This document shows positions 1 through 9,523 of a stretch of DNA of 64,000 nt, in pieces; within the stretch, counting starts at the first letter, position 1, and each line of letters begins with the position of its first letter. The position numbers and the translations under genes are program-made. Below the pieces are notes generated by a model. That model made no database searches. It was not told the origin of the DNA and was given only the letters and a program-made list of their open reading frames with translations. This DNA is from Rubripirellula sp. (GTDB lineage Bacteria > Planctomycetota > Planctomycetia > Pirellulales > Pirellulaceae). The stretch is from the NCBI GenBank assembly GCA_965216875.1, contig OZ244207.1:992001-1056000 (forward strand). The letters are read 5' to 3'.

Positions 1-12
1 GTAGCGCCGTTC

Positions 13-146
13 GTAGTCCCGCCTTTAGGCGGAAAGCGTGAAGATTCCGGCTAAAGCTCGGTACTACAAACTGCTTTTCCGCGCCTGTAGCGTAGCTACG
101 GCGCAAGTGTTCAGCGCGAACCGGTGCCATGCAGAGCATGACCTAC
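13..146. repeat. REP-like cluster (family A 13-67, family B 125-146)
   Basis: GTAGTCCCGCCTTTAGGCGG...CCGGCTAAAGCTCGGTACTAC is near-identical to 58050-58105. Confidence 0.8.
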
Positions 147-1204
147 GGTGTTTCGGCGGCGGGTGCTGGTGCGGTCTCGGTCTTGGTGAGACGACTCGAC
201 GGCGTGGCGTCTGCTTCGACGTCGCCAAGCGCGTATTGAATACCATCGACGTAATGCTGCAGGATCGGCGGATGCCAGAACGTCGAGTTGTTGTGACCAA
301 AGTTCGAGTAGAAAACACGCCCCTGACCAAATGTGTGAATCCACGCGACCGGACGCACCGTCTCCTGTTGAGCCAATGGTTTTTGCTTCGGGTGCAGCTC
401 CTTCGCTTCGCGGTTGTGTGGTTGATCCGCATCGAGGCTGATCAACACCCGCGAGTGGTCGCGCGAATGACTGCCGTCACGATAAGCATAGATCTCATCG
501 CGATGCCAAAAGCCTTTGTTGTCGAAGGAAAGATTGAGCGGATGTGCCGGCGACTCGAGTTGAAACGCCCATGTCCCGGCCGGAAGCCACGGGTGACACC
601 AAAACACACCATTGATCAGACGTCTACCTTCCTGCCAGCCGCGTGAACTGTCGGCGGCGGCGTGAATCCCAATCAATCCACCGCCGCCACGAACGTAGTC
701 GAGGATCGCTTTTTGTCCCGCGGCGCCGACCGTAACGTCAAAGTTGGTCGTGTTGTTTAGCAGCAGCGCGTCATACTTCGCTAGATTCTCGAGATTGATG
801 TCGGCTGGGTCATCGGTAAGTGTCGGCTCGTAGGCACCGGTTTGAAGACCGATCTGGTCAAAGGCCAAGCACCCGGTCGCGATCGAAGCGTGCGGGTATT
901 GGCAGCGATAGAAGACCAGCAGCTTGCGTTTCTTGGCCGGTCGTCGACTCTTCAAAGTGGAAACGGCTTCACTCACCATCCGCGTTTCAACATCGGTCGG
1001 ACCATAGAACCCAAAGAGCACTTCTCGCTTTTCTTTCCACTCGAAACTCGGCCAACCGTTTGGTGCGCGCGACCGGGGCGATCCGTACGTTCGCACTTGC
1101 TCCGAAATGACCGGGTCTTCAGCGCAGGCTGGACCGCAGAAGGATGCAAAGACGAGCATCGCTGCGGAGAACATTAGGGCGTTGATTCGTCGAGTTCGCA
1201 TCAT
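143..1204 (-). CDS. Secreted ThuA-like (class I glutamine amidotransferase-like) domain protein
   Basis: Signal peptide; ThuA-type motifs YDALLLNNT, GGGLIGIHAA, DEIY, GRVFYSNFGH. Confidence 0.85.
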   Translation of the reverse strand: MMRTRRINALMFSAAMLVFASFCGPACAEDPVISEQVRTYGSPRSRAPNGWPSFEWKEKREVLFGFYGPTDVETRMVSEAVSTLKSRRPAKKRKLLVFYRCQYPHASIATGCLAFDQIGLQTGAYEPTLTDDPADINLENLAKYDALLLNNTTNFDVTVGAAGQKAILDYVRGGGGLIGIHAAADSSRGWQEGRRLINGVFWCHPWLPAGTWAFQLESPAHPLNLSFDNKGFWHRDEIYAYRDGSHSRDHSRVLISLDADQPHNREAKELHPKQKPLAQQETVRPVAWIHTFGQGRVFYSNFGHNNSTFWHPPILQHYVDGIQYALGDVEADATPSSRLTKTETAPAPAAETP

Positions 1205-1262
1205 GGATGACGCTCCGATGGCAAGTCGATTGATGAAACGAAAGATTGGACGAGCCGGAGCG

Positions 1263-2777
1263 CTATTGCTGTTCGCCCTTGACGATCACTTCAGCAAGTC
1301 CGAGCGTCGTTTTCTTGGCGATTGCTTTGATGCGAACCCATCGTCCCGAAACTTCTTCGTCGACAGTCGAAAAGGCCAACAAGTCTTGCGTTTTGAACTC
1401 GGGCGACGAAGGCTTGAACCGTCGTGTCCAAACGACGCTGCCATCGTTGTCGAGAACGCTGACCGCGAGGTTGGTCGGTTTTCGATCGTTATCGTCGGTC
1501 TGGAAATGGATTTCAAATCCGTCAATGCGGCAGGTCGCTTGTAGGTCGACTTGCCACCAGGGGCTCATCTCTTCGACCGTCATGGCGGCCTGTTCCATCG
1601 CGCCGATTCCTTCGGTCACTCCATCGACTGCGATTTCGGCGCGCGGGCGAGCACGCATGTCGATCACCGGTGGACCCGTGCTTGATTGGGTCGCAGGTTT
1701 GTAGAACGCAAGGTTCTTTGACACGTCATATTGAAAACCCCAGTTGTCTCCCGCTTCGGTCAGGTCGGCCGGCTTGTCCCATTCACGAGCCACTTCGGCA
1801 AGACGCTTGGAAACGTTGTCGTCGAGTCGTCCGTTCGGACCCGGAGAGATGTTTAGCACGTAAACGGAGTTGTGCGAGTTGTAGCTGTCGAGCTGCTTGA
1901 GGATGTATTCCTTCGACTTGGGAACGCGGTATCGAGGGATGTCGTCCCACCACCAATCGCCTTGTGACGTGTCAGAAGCTGCCGAGGGACGCATGTAGTC
2001 AGGATGGTATGGGTAGGCTCGGCCCGCCGCGTCGGCGAAGGGAACGTCGGCGTGGGCCAGGTTCGACTCGTAGGTGTGGCTAATGATCAGGCACTCGGGC
2101 TGTAGCGATTTGACATGTCGATAAAGCTCGCCGTAGTGCACATCATCGAAATCGGGAAGTGTCGGCCACGTGCTCCAACCATCGAAGTTCATGTAGTCGA
2201 TCGGGCCATAGTTGGTCAAAAGCTCCGTGAGTTGATCCTTCATGAAGTCGATCTTATCGCGGGTGACCGTTCCGTTTTCGATCCCGTGGTGGTAATCGAG
2301 GATTGAATAGTAGAAACCAATCTTCAGTCCTCGTTTGCGGAACACCTTGACGAATTCGGCAACGACGTCTGTCTTCACTGGCGACGACGCAACGTCATAG
2401 TCGGTGTGCTCGCTATCCCAGATACAAAAGCCGCCGTGGTGTTTGGTCGTCAACCAACCGCCTGCCATCTTTGCGTCAATGCAAACCTGTGCCCATTGAT
2501 CGCAATCGAGCCCCGAGGGGTTCCACCACTCAACCGGTTCGCGACCGCTGCATCGACCAGAGTGGGTTTCTTCGTTCACGTTCCGAAACGTGCAAAGGTT
2601 GTAGTGGAAGTAGGCTTGATACCGAGTGTTCACAAAATCGAGCAGAGCATCCTTGGAAAGGGTCTGGCCGTGGGCGACGCCAGTGAGTGGCAGCGCGAAG
2701 AACAAACAGGTGGGCAGTGCGAGTCGAATCCACGCAGAAAAGCGATGAGGGCTCATAGGGGAGTTTGGGCTTGTCAC
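1263..2777 (-). CDS. Alpha-L-fucosidase (GH29) with C-terminal F-type lectin/F5-8-like module
   Basis: GH29 motifs LTTKHHGGFCIWDS, GLKIGFYYS, MNFDGW, LNISPGPNG; C-terminal NLAFYKPATQSS...AVDG...PWWQVDL. Confidence 0.85.
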   Translation of the reverse strand: MTSPNSPMSPHRFSAWIRLALPTCLFFALPLTGVAHGQTLSKDALLDFVNTRYQAYFHYNLCTFRNVNEETHSGRCSGREPVEWWNPSGLDCDQWAQVCIDAKMAGGWLTTKHHGGFCIWDSEHTDYDVASSPVKTDVVAEFVKVFRKRGLKIGFYYSILDYHHGIENGTVTRDKIDFMKDQLTELLTNYGPIDYMNFDGWSTWPTLPDFDDVHYGELYRHVKSLQPECLIISHTYESNLAHADVPFADAAGRAYPYHPDYMRPSAASDTSQGDWWWDDIPRYRVPKSKEYILKQLDSYNSHNSVYVLNISPGPNGRLDDNVSKRLAEVAREWDKPADLTEAGDNWGFQYDVSKNLAFYKPATQSSTGPPVIDMRARPRAEIAVDGVTEGIGAMEQAAMTVEEMSPWWQVDLQATCRIDGFEIHFQTDDNDRKPTNLAVSVLDNDGSVVWTRRFKPSSPEFKTQDLLAFSTVDEEVSGRWVRIKAIAKKTTLGLAEVIVKGEQQ

Positions 2778-3240
2778 TTGGTTGTCTCGGGCGTCCTAGA
2801 GGGTTGGCATGGTGACGGCTGATCGAGCGCCAGCAGAGTCCATCGGAAAATGCGGTGGTTCGAATTCAGCAAGAAAGGAGGGCGAGTGCTGACAACACGA
2901 AGCTGCGGTCCGTGTCGTCCCAGGGTGGGGTTTCTCTACCCGGATACTGCCTGCCACGGGCATTTCAGTCGCAAAAAAGGGGATTCTTTTCCCTCTTTTT
3001 GCCAGAGACCGACACAAAGTTTGAATTCAATTTCTCTGCTGAGCCGTCAAATAAGTCGGCATCGCCGGCAAATTGGTTGCGGCAATGCGAAAGAGACGAC
3101 CGTGGCAGAGACGAGTAGATTGAAGTCCCCACTTCTTAGGCTATAGAGAAGGGGTGGGCTTTAGGGGCGTTGGGGAAGCCGACTATCCTATCTGGCCGAT
3201 CACCTGGCGGACTCCAGCCAAGATGGCACCAAGAGAAACC

Positions 3241-4560
3241 ATGAGACACGCGCGTTCCAGCAGAAATTCGAGCGGCCTTAGTCGTCGCAGTTGTCTGGCC
3301 ACCATGGGGGCTGGATTTTCGCTGCCCTTCTTCGAATCCGTTACCCGCCCCGCGGCGGCGTCGACCCCTTCAGAGAAACCGACCTCGAGCGAGAAACCGA
3401 CCTCGAGTGACGCGCGGTTGGTTTGCTTGGGCGTCTCGTTAAGCATGTACCCGCGCGAGTGGAATCCTGAGCAGACTGGTTACGACTACAAAGCTCCGAA
3501 GCTGATCGAACCGCTCGAATCGCTAAGAGACGACTTCACGTTGATCTCGAATACGGATCATCCTGGCGTCAGTGGCGGGCACAACGGAACGGCTGCATTC
3601 CTTTCTGGTGTCTACGAGCCCGAGATGGTTGGCCAGTCGATTGTGATTCGCAACCAAGTCACGTTCGATCAGCTCGCCGCAAACAAGCTCAACGCCGACA
3701 CGCGATACCGCTCACTCCAGTTGGCCGTTGCGCCGCTGGAACAAAACGACACGATCTCGTGGAACGACAAGGGCGTGCCTCTGCCGGCGATTTCCGATCC
3801 GCTGGAGGTCTACCGACAACTCTTTGTTGATGATGAAACACCCGAGCGAACCGCGCGCGCGCTCAAACAAGGCCAGAGTGTCCTGGATGTGATGCGAGAG
3901 GAAGCACGGGCACTACAAACACGCTTGTCTGGATCGGACCGCAACCGGTTTGAGCAGTTTCAAGATTCGGTGCGTGATGTCGAGAACGGGATCCGCCGCG
4001 AATTGGAATGGCTGGCAACACCAAAACCAGGTGCGCCGCCCGTGACGCAGCGACCAACCTCGTATCATCGCAACCTCGATCTACAGCTCGAGCTCACCGC
4101 TCTTGCGCTTCAAACCGATTCGACACGTGTCGTCTCGGTTGGCTTGCCCGGAAAAGGCATGCCCATTCACGTCGGCAATCGAAAAGCCAACGGCTATCAC
4201 GCCGAATCTCACCACGGCAAAGATCCAAAGGTTGTTGATCGGCTTGTCGAAATCGAACTCGAGCACACCCGCTCGTTGGCCAAATTCTTGAATCGGATCA
4301 AGTCGATTGAAACCGATACCGGTTCGCTGCTCGATTGCACTCAGGTGCTCTTCGGAAGTGGACTTGGCAATGGCAGTTCCCATTCCAATCGCGACTTGCC
4401 AATCTTGCTCGCCGGTGGTGGCTTTAAACATGGGCGTCACTTGAAGCTCGACGAAGGCACTCCGCTTTCGAACCTGTTTGTCACCATGATGCAGCAGATG
4501 GGGCTCGACACCGATTCGTTTGCCGGCAGCAACGGTGCCATCGATGAGCTACTGGGATAG
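3241..4560 (+). CDS. DUF1552 (HXXSHH) protein, copy 1
   Basis: Tat-like SRR leader, YHAESHH, GSGLGNGSSHSNRDLPILLAGG; start could also be 3223; 18-bp tandem duplication (EKPTSS x2) at 3373-3408. Confidence 0.9.
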   Translation: MRHARSSRNSSGLSRRSCLATMGAGFSLPFFESVTRPAAASTPSEKPTSSEKPTSSDARLVCLGVSLSMYPREWNPEQTGYDYKAPKLIEPLESLRDDFTLISNTDHPGVSGGHNGTAAFLSGVYEPEMVGQSIVIRNQVTFDQLAANKLNADTRYRSLQLAVAPLEQNDTISWNDKGVPLPAISDPLEVYRQLFVDDETPERTARALKQGQSVLDVMREEARALQTRLSGSDRNRFEQFQDSVRDVENGIRRELEWLATPKPGAPPVTQRPTSYHRNLDLQLELTALALQTDSTRVVSVGLPGKGMPIHVGNRKANGYHAESHHGKDPKVVDRLVEIELEHTRSLAKFLNRIKSIETDTGSLLDCTQVLFGSGLGNGSSHSNRDLPILLAGGGFKHGRHLKLDEGTPLSNLFVTMMQQMGLDTDSFAGSNGAIDELLG

Positions 4561-4566
4561 TCATCG

Positions 4567-6963
4567 ATGAAGTTACTTACTGCACCGAAGTCGGTGCTAT
4601 CGCTGTTGCTGTCGTTTGTTTGGGTGTTGGATTGCGCTGCCGACGATGAGTTTTCGGTGACCGTTGATCGCTTCACCCAGAAGCACTGCGCCGAGTGTCA
4701 CGACGCACGCGAAGGTGAGGGAGATTTTCGTGTCGACCTTCTGCCCCGTTCACTCGGGAGTGCCAAAAATGTGGTCGATTGGCAGATGGCACTCGACCTG
4801 GTCAAAGCGGGCGAGATGCCGCCCGAGGAAAGTGATCGCCCCACCGTAGACGAAGTTCGTGAATTCACCGAGGCGGTTGAAAACGAAGTTCGAAAATTTG
4901 CCCAGTCCAGCAGCGATAGCGATGTTCCCGAGTTTCGTCGGCTGAGTCGGACCGAATTGGACAACACGGTGCGCGACCTGCTGGGGACACGGCTCAAGCT
5001 TTCGAGAAACCTTCCGTCCGACCCGGTGGTGGGTGGTTTTGACAGCATTGCCGCGACGATGGGGCAGTCGACCGAGCATATCCGCGTCCTGCAGCGAAAC
5101 GCTCGAGCGATCGCAAGTGACGTCGTCATCGATGGCGACAATCCGAATACTGACCGCCACTATCCAAGACGGCGACTCCGCCACGGCTATTCCGTCAAAC
5201 GCCAGCGCGACGAGTTGGTGCTATGGAGTAGCCGCAATCGCACCTATGTCGCATGGCCTGATGGTTTCGTCGCCCAGCGCACGGGAGTCTATCGCGTTTC
5301 CATCACGGCGTACCAAGTCAACAACATCTACGAGCTTCGTCGCCAAGGCAAAACGATCGAAGCCAAGGATGACATCGTTAAGAATGCACTGAGAAGGCCG
5401 CTCCCGGAAGACCGCCTCCGCCAGGTGGCGATCTCTGCGATGCAGGCCCCCGTCAATGGAAACGATGCAGCGACGGTCGGTGGTCGCCAAGTGGGAATTA
5501 CCGAGGTTGGCACGACGATGTCGACCGTGTCGATCGATTGTGAATTGGTTGCCGGCGAAGGCATCTTTGTCAATCCAGTCGACTGCCCGCGGCTGGTGAG
5601 TCGACCGATTGCCGATGTCGACTCCGAGCGAATGTATGTCGGCGAGATGCTCCATCTCAAAGAGGTTCGCGTTGAGGGTCCGCTGGTCGAATGGCCATCA
5701 CGCGTGACTTCGATTCTGCTCGACCAACAGGGAGAACTGTCGACCAAGGGGCTCGGCGAGTTCTTGTCGCGCGCGTTCCGCCAGCCGGTTGGCGACGATG
5801 TGGTTACTCTTTACGAGTCATTGTTTCGATCGGTGACGCAATCGGGCGGATCGGTAAACGACGCGTTGCGACAGGTGGTCGAAGCGGTCTTGTGCTCGCC
5901 TCGTTTTCTTTATGTCCGCAGCGGCATCGGCGGAGTCGATGAAGCCGATCAAGCCTGGACGCTCGCTTCTCGATTGTCCTACTTTCTGTGGAACACGTTG
6001 CCCGATGACGAGCTGCGCGAGCTTGCCGCAAAGGGTGACCTGCTGCGTGAGGATGTGTTGCGCGGGCAAGTGGCGAGGATGATTGCGGATCCCAGGTCCG
6101 ATGGCTTTGTGATTGATTTTGCGGGGCAATGGTTGGGACTTCGACGTGTTGGCGCGATGATGCCCGACCCGAAGCTCTACCCGGACTACGACTCCGAGTT
6201 GGAACGTGCGATCCGGCAAGAATCCGAAGAACTGTTTCGCCACCTTTTGACCAACAATTCGAAGATCACGGACTTCATTGATCCGGGATACGCGATGCTG
6301 AACGAGCGTTTGGCTCGCCACTACGGTGTCGACGACGTGTCGGGCACTGACTTTCGAAAGGTGGTTTTGCCAGAGGGGCATCCGCGCGGTGGACTGCTCG
6401 GCCACGCGAGCATGTTGACCACCACTTCCAATGGAACGCGCACGTCACCGGTGATCCGTGGAGTTTGGATCCTCGAAAACTTGCTTCATTCGCCACCACC
6501 GCCCCCACCGGCGGACGTCGAGCCGATCGAACCGGACACGCGCGGTGCGAGCAGCATTCGTGAGATGCTGGCCAAACACCGTGACGTCGATTCGTGTCGC
6601 GAATGCCATCGTCGCATCGATCCTTGGGGGTTCGGCCTCGAGAATTTCAATGCCGTCGGTGCCTGGCGCGAGCACTACGGCAAGGGTGGCAAGGGCAAGG
6701 CGGTCGATGCAACGGGACGCATGGCGAGTGGCGAATCGTTCGACGGCGTCGTTGAAATGCGTGGGCTTTTGATGCAGCAGGAAGAACGTTTCACGCACGC
6801 GCTCGCATCGAAATTGCTCGCCTACGCACTAGGCCATCCGGCGACGGTGAAAGAGCGTGTTGCGATCGACGAAATCGTTTCTGCCAACGCGCATTCGGGC
6901 GGCCGCTTCGCTGACCTGATCACCGAGATCTGCACAAGCCAAGTCTTTCGCGGCAGCAAATAG
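4567..6963 (+). CDS. DUF1592/PSD-PSCyt c-type cytochrome domain protein, copy 1
   Basis: CAECH and CRECH heme motifs, RRLSRTELDNTVRDLLG, LASRLSYFLW, RTSPVIRGVW. Confidence 0.9.
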   Translation: MKLLTAPKSVLSLLLSFVWVLDCAADDEFSVTVDRFTQKHCAECHDAREGEGDFRVDLLPRSLGSAKNVVDWQMALDLVKAGEMPPEESDRPTVDEVREFTEAVENEVRKFAQSSSDSDVPEFRRLSRTELDNTVRDLLGTRLKLSRNLPSDPVVGGFDSIAATMGQSTEHIRVLQRNARAIASDVVIDGDNPNTDRHYPRRRLRHGYSVKRQRDELVLWSSRNRTYVAWPDGFVAQRTGVYRVSITAYQVNNIYELRRQGKTIEAKDDIVKNALRRPLPEDRLRQVAISAMQAPVNGNDAATVGGRQVGITEVGTTMSTVSIDCELVAGEGIFVNPVDCPRLVSRPIADVDSERMYVGEMLHLKEVRVEGPLVEWPSRVTSILLDQQGELSTKGLGEFLSRAFRQPVGDDVVTLYESLFRSVTQSGGSVNDALRQVVEAVLCSPRFLYVRSGIGGVDEADQAWTLASRLSYFLWNTLPDDELRELAAKGDLLREDVLRGQVARMIADPRSDGFVIDFAGQWLGLRRVGAMMPDPKLYPDYDSELERAIRQESEELFRHLLTNNSKITDFIDPGYAMLNERLARHYGVDDVSGTDFRKVVLPEGHPRGGLLGHASMLTTTSNGTRTSPVIRGVWILENLLHSPPPPPPADVEPIEPDTRGASSIREMLAKHRDVDSCRECHRRIDPWGFGLENFNAVGAWREHYGKGGKGKAVDATGRMASGESFDGVVEMRGLLMQQEERFTHALASKLLAYALGHPATVKERVAIDEIVSANAHSGGRFADLITEICTSQVFRGSK

Positions 6964-7159
6964 CCTCGCACCTGTTTCTCTTGCGTCTGTCTTTGGGCTC
7001 GTCTGTGACCGCGCGATGTGCGGCCGTGTAACCGTTCGTCACATGCGTGAGCCGAACGTCTTGGCATTCACTAGACTGCATGGGTGCACTTCACGCTGTT
7101 CTTTCAACGGCAATGAGACGAATCAATACGCGGGATCGGTGCCTTTGCACTGCAGGAAC

Positions 7160-8893
7160 ATGAACCAGCTTCCGTTTCAATCCTTGGCCGCATGTCTCGG
7201 ATTGGCGTTTGCCTTTACGTTGCCCTCTTCCTCGGCACTGGATTGCTCGGCACTGGCAAGCGATGGTGTTGTCACAACACGCGACGAGATCTATTCGACG
7301 GAGCGTTTGCTCGATATTCGGATCGAGGTCGCACCCAAAGATTGGGATCAATTGCGGCACCAAACGCGTTCGCTCGTCGGATCGCTCGCCGAGGACCGTG
7401 ACTGGGATTCTCCGTTTGAGTACGTGCCTGCGGACGTGACCATTGACGGTCGGTTAATCGTGAATGTCGGGATTCGAAAAAAAGGATTCCTGGGATCTCT
7501 CGATAGCGAACGGCCGTCCTTGAAGATTCGCTTTGACAAGTACGAAGACCAAGCGCCGTTTGGGGACCTGGACCGTCTGACGCTCAACAACAACAAACAG
7601 GATCCTTCACGACTCAGCCAATACCTTTCCTACCGCATGTTTGCGCAGGCTGGGGTCGCTTGCTCGCGGTGTAATTTCGCCAAGGTTTCAGTCAACGGAA
7701 AAGCATTGGGGGTCTATTCGAACGTCGAGGCGATCAAGCCGCCGATGTTGGCGCGAGCCTTTGGCGATGGCAGTGGCATGCTCTATGAAGGGACCGTGGC
7801 CGACTTCGTGCCGGGCACGACCAAACGTTTCGAGGCCAAGACGAAGCGAAGCAAAATGGAACCGTTGGATCAGCTTGCTGATTTGCTGAACCAAGAACAT
7901 TTTGACTTGAAGGAACTCGATGAGTTGGTCGACGTCGAATCGTTTCTGCGTTTTTGGGCCATGGAAAGTTTGATTGGTTTCTGGGATGGATACACCCACA
8001 ACCAAAACAACTTTTATCTCTATCGCAACCCCGCGAACTCCAAGTTCTATTTCCTGCCCTGGGGGACCGATTCCGCGTTCACGAATTTTGTTCCGCCAAT
8101 CATCGACAAAATTGCAAATCGATCGTTCCATGCCAACGCAACCCTTCCCAACCGGCTCTACCGAACGCGCGAGTCGCGACGGAGGTATCTACAAACCATG
8201 CGTGGTCTCCTTGCCGACCAGTGGGTTGAGGAAGACCTTTCGGCGGAAATCGATCAAGTCCGGTTGCTCCTGGAAGATTCAGTGCTCGACAAGGCAGGGT
8301 TCAGAAAGTCAGTCGAAGGAGTGCGGGCGTTCATTCACGCGCGACGTTCCTCGATCGAATCGGAACTGAGGCGATGGCCAATTCCAATTCGCCATGGCCC
8401 ACGACGTCCGGGGTACACTCGACTGCTGGGGGAAGTCACCGCCAGTTTTGAGACTCGATGGTCAACCCCTTTGGTCTTCCAGAGTGGATACCTGGGCGAA
8501 GCCGATATCAACCTGACGATGAACGGCAGTCCCGTTGCGTTGAGTGGCGCGACCGCCTCGGCCACACCGGACAAACAGAAAACGCCAACCCTTACCTTGT
8601 CTGCGACGCGCGAAAGCGACAAGACACCCTTGGCCTTTTCACTCAACGTCGCTCCGTCAGACTTTCACGCCGCTGAAGCTCCCGTGGCTGTCACCGGACT
8701 TTTTAGGGAAGGTAGCATGATCACTTTCCTTACAATGATGTCTGCCAATCCGGCTGCCATCAAATTAATCGACGGTACGGTAAAGCTCGAAGAGGCGTCG
8801 ACTGAGACAGACGGGCACGTTCGTGGGGTTGCGAGATTTCGCATCATGCAATTTGCCGGTGGGCAAAAGCCAGAAGTCGCCTGGGAAGAGTAG
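7160..8893 (+). CDS. Secreted CotH kinase family protein
   Basis: GIRKKG, PSLKIRFDKY, LTLNN, WDGY..NQNNFYLY, FLPWGTD motifs; start estimated. Confidence 0.85.
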   Translation: MNQLPFQSLAACLGLAFAFTLPSSSALDCSALASDGVVTTRDEIYSTERLLDIRIEVAPKDWDQLRHQTRSLVGSLAEDRDWDSPFEYVPADVTIDGRLIVNVGIRKKGFLGSLDSERPSLKIRFDKYEDQAPFGDLDRLTLNNNKQDPSRLSQYLSYRMFAQAGVACSRCNFAKVSVNGKALGVYSNVEAIKPPMLARAFGDGSGMLYEGTVADFVPGTTKRFEAKTKRSKMEPLDQLADLLNQEHFDLKELDELVDVESFLRFWAMESLIGFWDGYTHNQNNFYLYRNPANSKFYFLPWGTDSAFTNFVPPIIDKIANRSFHANATLPNRLYRTRESRRRYLQTMRGLLADQWVEEDLSAEIDQVRLLLEDSVLDKAGFRKSVEGVRAFIHARRSSIESELRRWPIPIRHGPRRPGYTRLLGEVTASFETRWSTPLVFQSGYLGEADINLTMNGSPVALSGATASATPDKQKTPTLTLSATRESDKTPLAFSLNVAPSDFHAAEAPVAVTGLFREGSMITFLTMMSANPAAIKLIDGTVKLEEASTETDGHVRGVARFRIMQFAGGQKPEVAWEE

Positions 8894-8942
8894 GTCATGC
8901 TGTGCATGACACCTGCAGACTGTCATGCGAAGCATGACCTAC
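8890..8942. repeat. Inverted REP doublet, family B
   Basis: GTAGGTCATGC..GCATGACA ... TGTCATGC..GCATGACCTAC. Confidence 0.8.
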
Positions 8943-8974
8943 GGGTCTACGGGTCTAAAAGACTGACAGAAAAT

Positions 8975-9523
8975 ATGACCAAGCAAACACGCACTTTATT
9001 GCTAATGCTGATTGTGCTAACTGCGCAAATGTGTGGTGCAGAGGACGGGTCCAGGAAACCCAAGGTCGGGGCGAAGGATCAATTGTCGCCGAACACACTA
9101 TTGTTCCGCGCGTTGTGCCTGCAAGAGTTTCCCAAGGAGGTGATTGAAACGGTTTACGGAATGCACGGTCAAGAATGGGTCGCACGGAAGCTGGGCATGG
9201 ACAATCAAACTCCAATTTACCTTTCGACCGGTTTGTCGAATGAGTTTCGTACGTGGCGCGCGCCTTCGCCAGAGTTGATTAACGCCATCGGTTCGAAGCG
9301 AGTCCGATCAGTGAACGATGCACCCGCTGACGGCATCATCGTCATCGTGGAGGATGTGGATTGGGAGTCGGCCAATGAGGTGTCGCTCGACATTGGCACC
9401 TATCACAAGGACTTGGGACGGATCCATGGCTCAATGGACCTTCACCTCGTGTTCAACGATGGAAAATGGGAAATTGCATTCCAGGGCGGGTGCTATACCC
9501 GCAAAGTATCCGACGCCGATTAG
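8975..9523 (+). CDS. Secreted hypothetical protein
   Basis: Signal peptide after ATG 8975; the upstream ORF extension runs through a REP element. Confidence 0.65.
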   Translation: MTKQTRTLLLMLIVLTAQMCGAEDGSRKPKVGAKDQLSPNTLLFRALCLQEFPKEVIETVYGMHGQEWVARKLGMDNQTPIYLSTGLSNEFRTWRAPSPELINAIGSKRVRSVNDAPADGIIVIVEDVDWESANEVSLDIGTYHKDLGRIHGSMDLHLVFNDGKWEIAFQGGCYTRKVSDAD

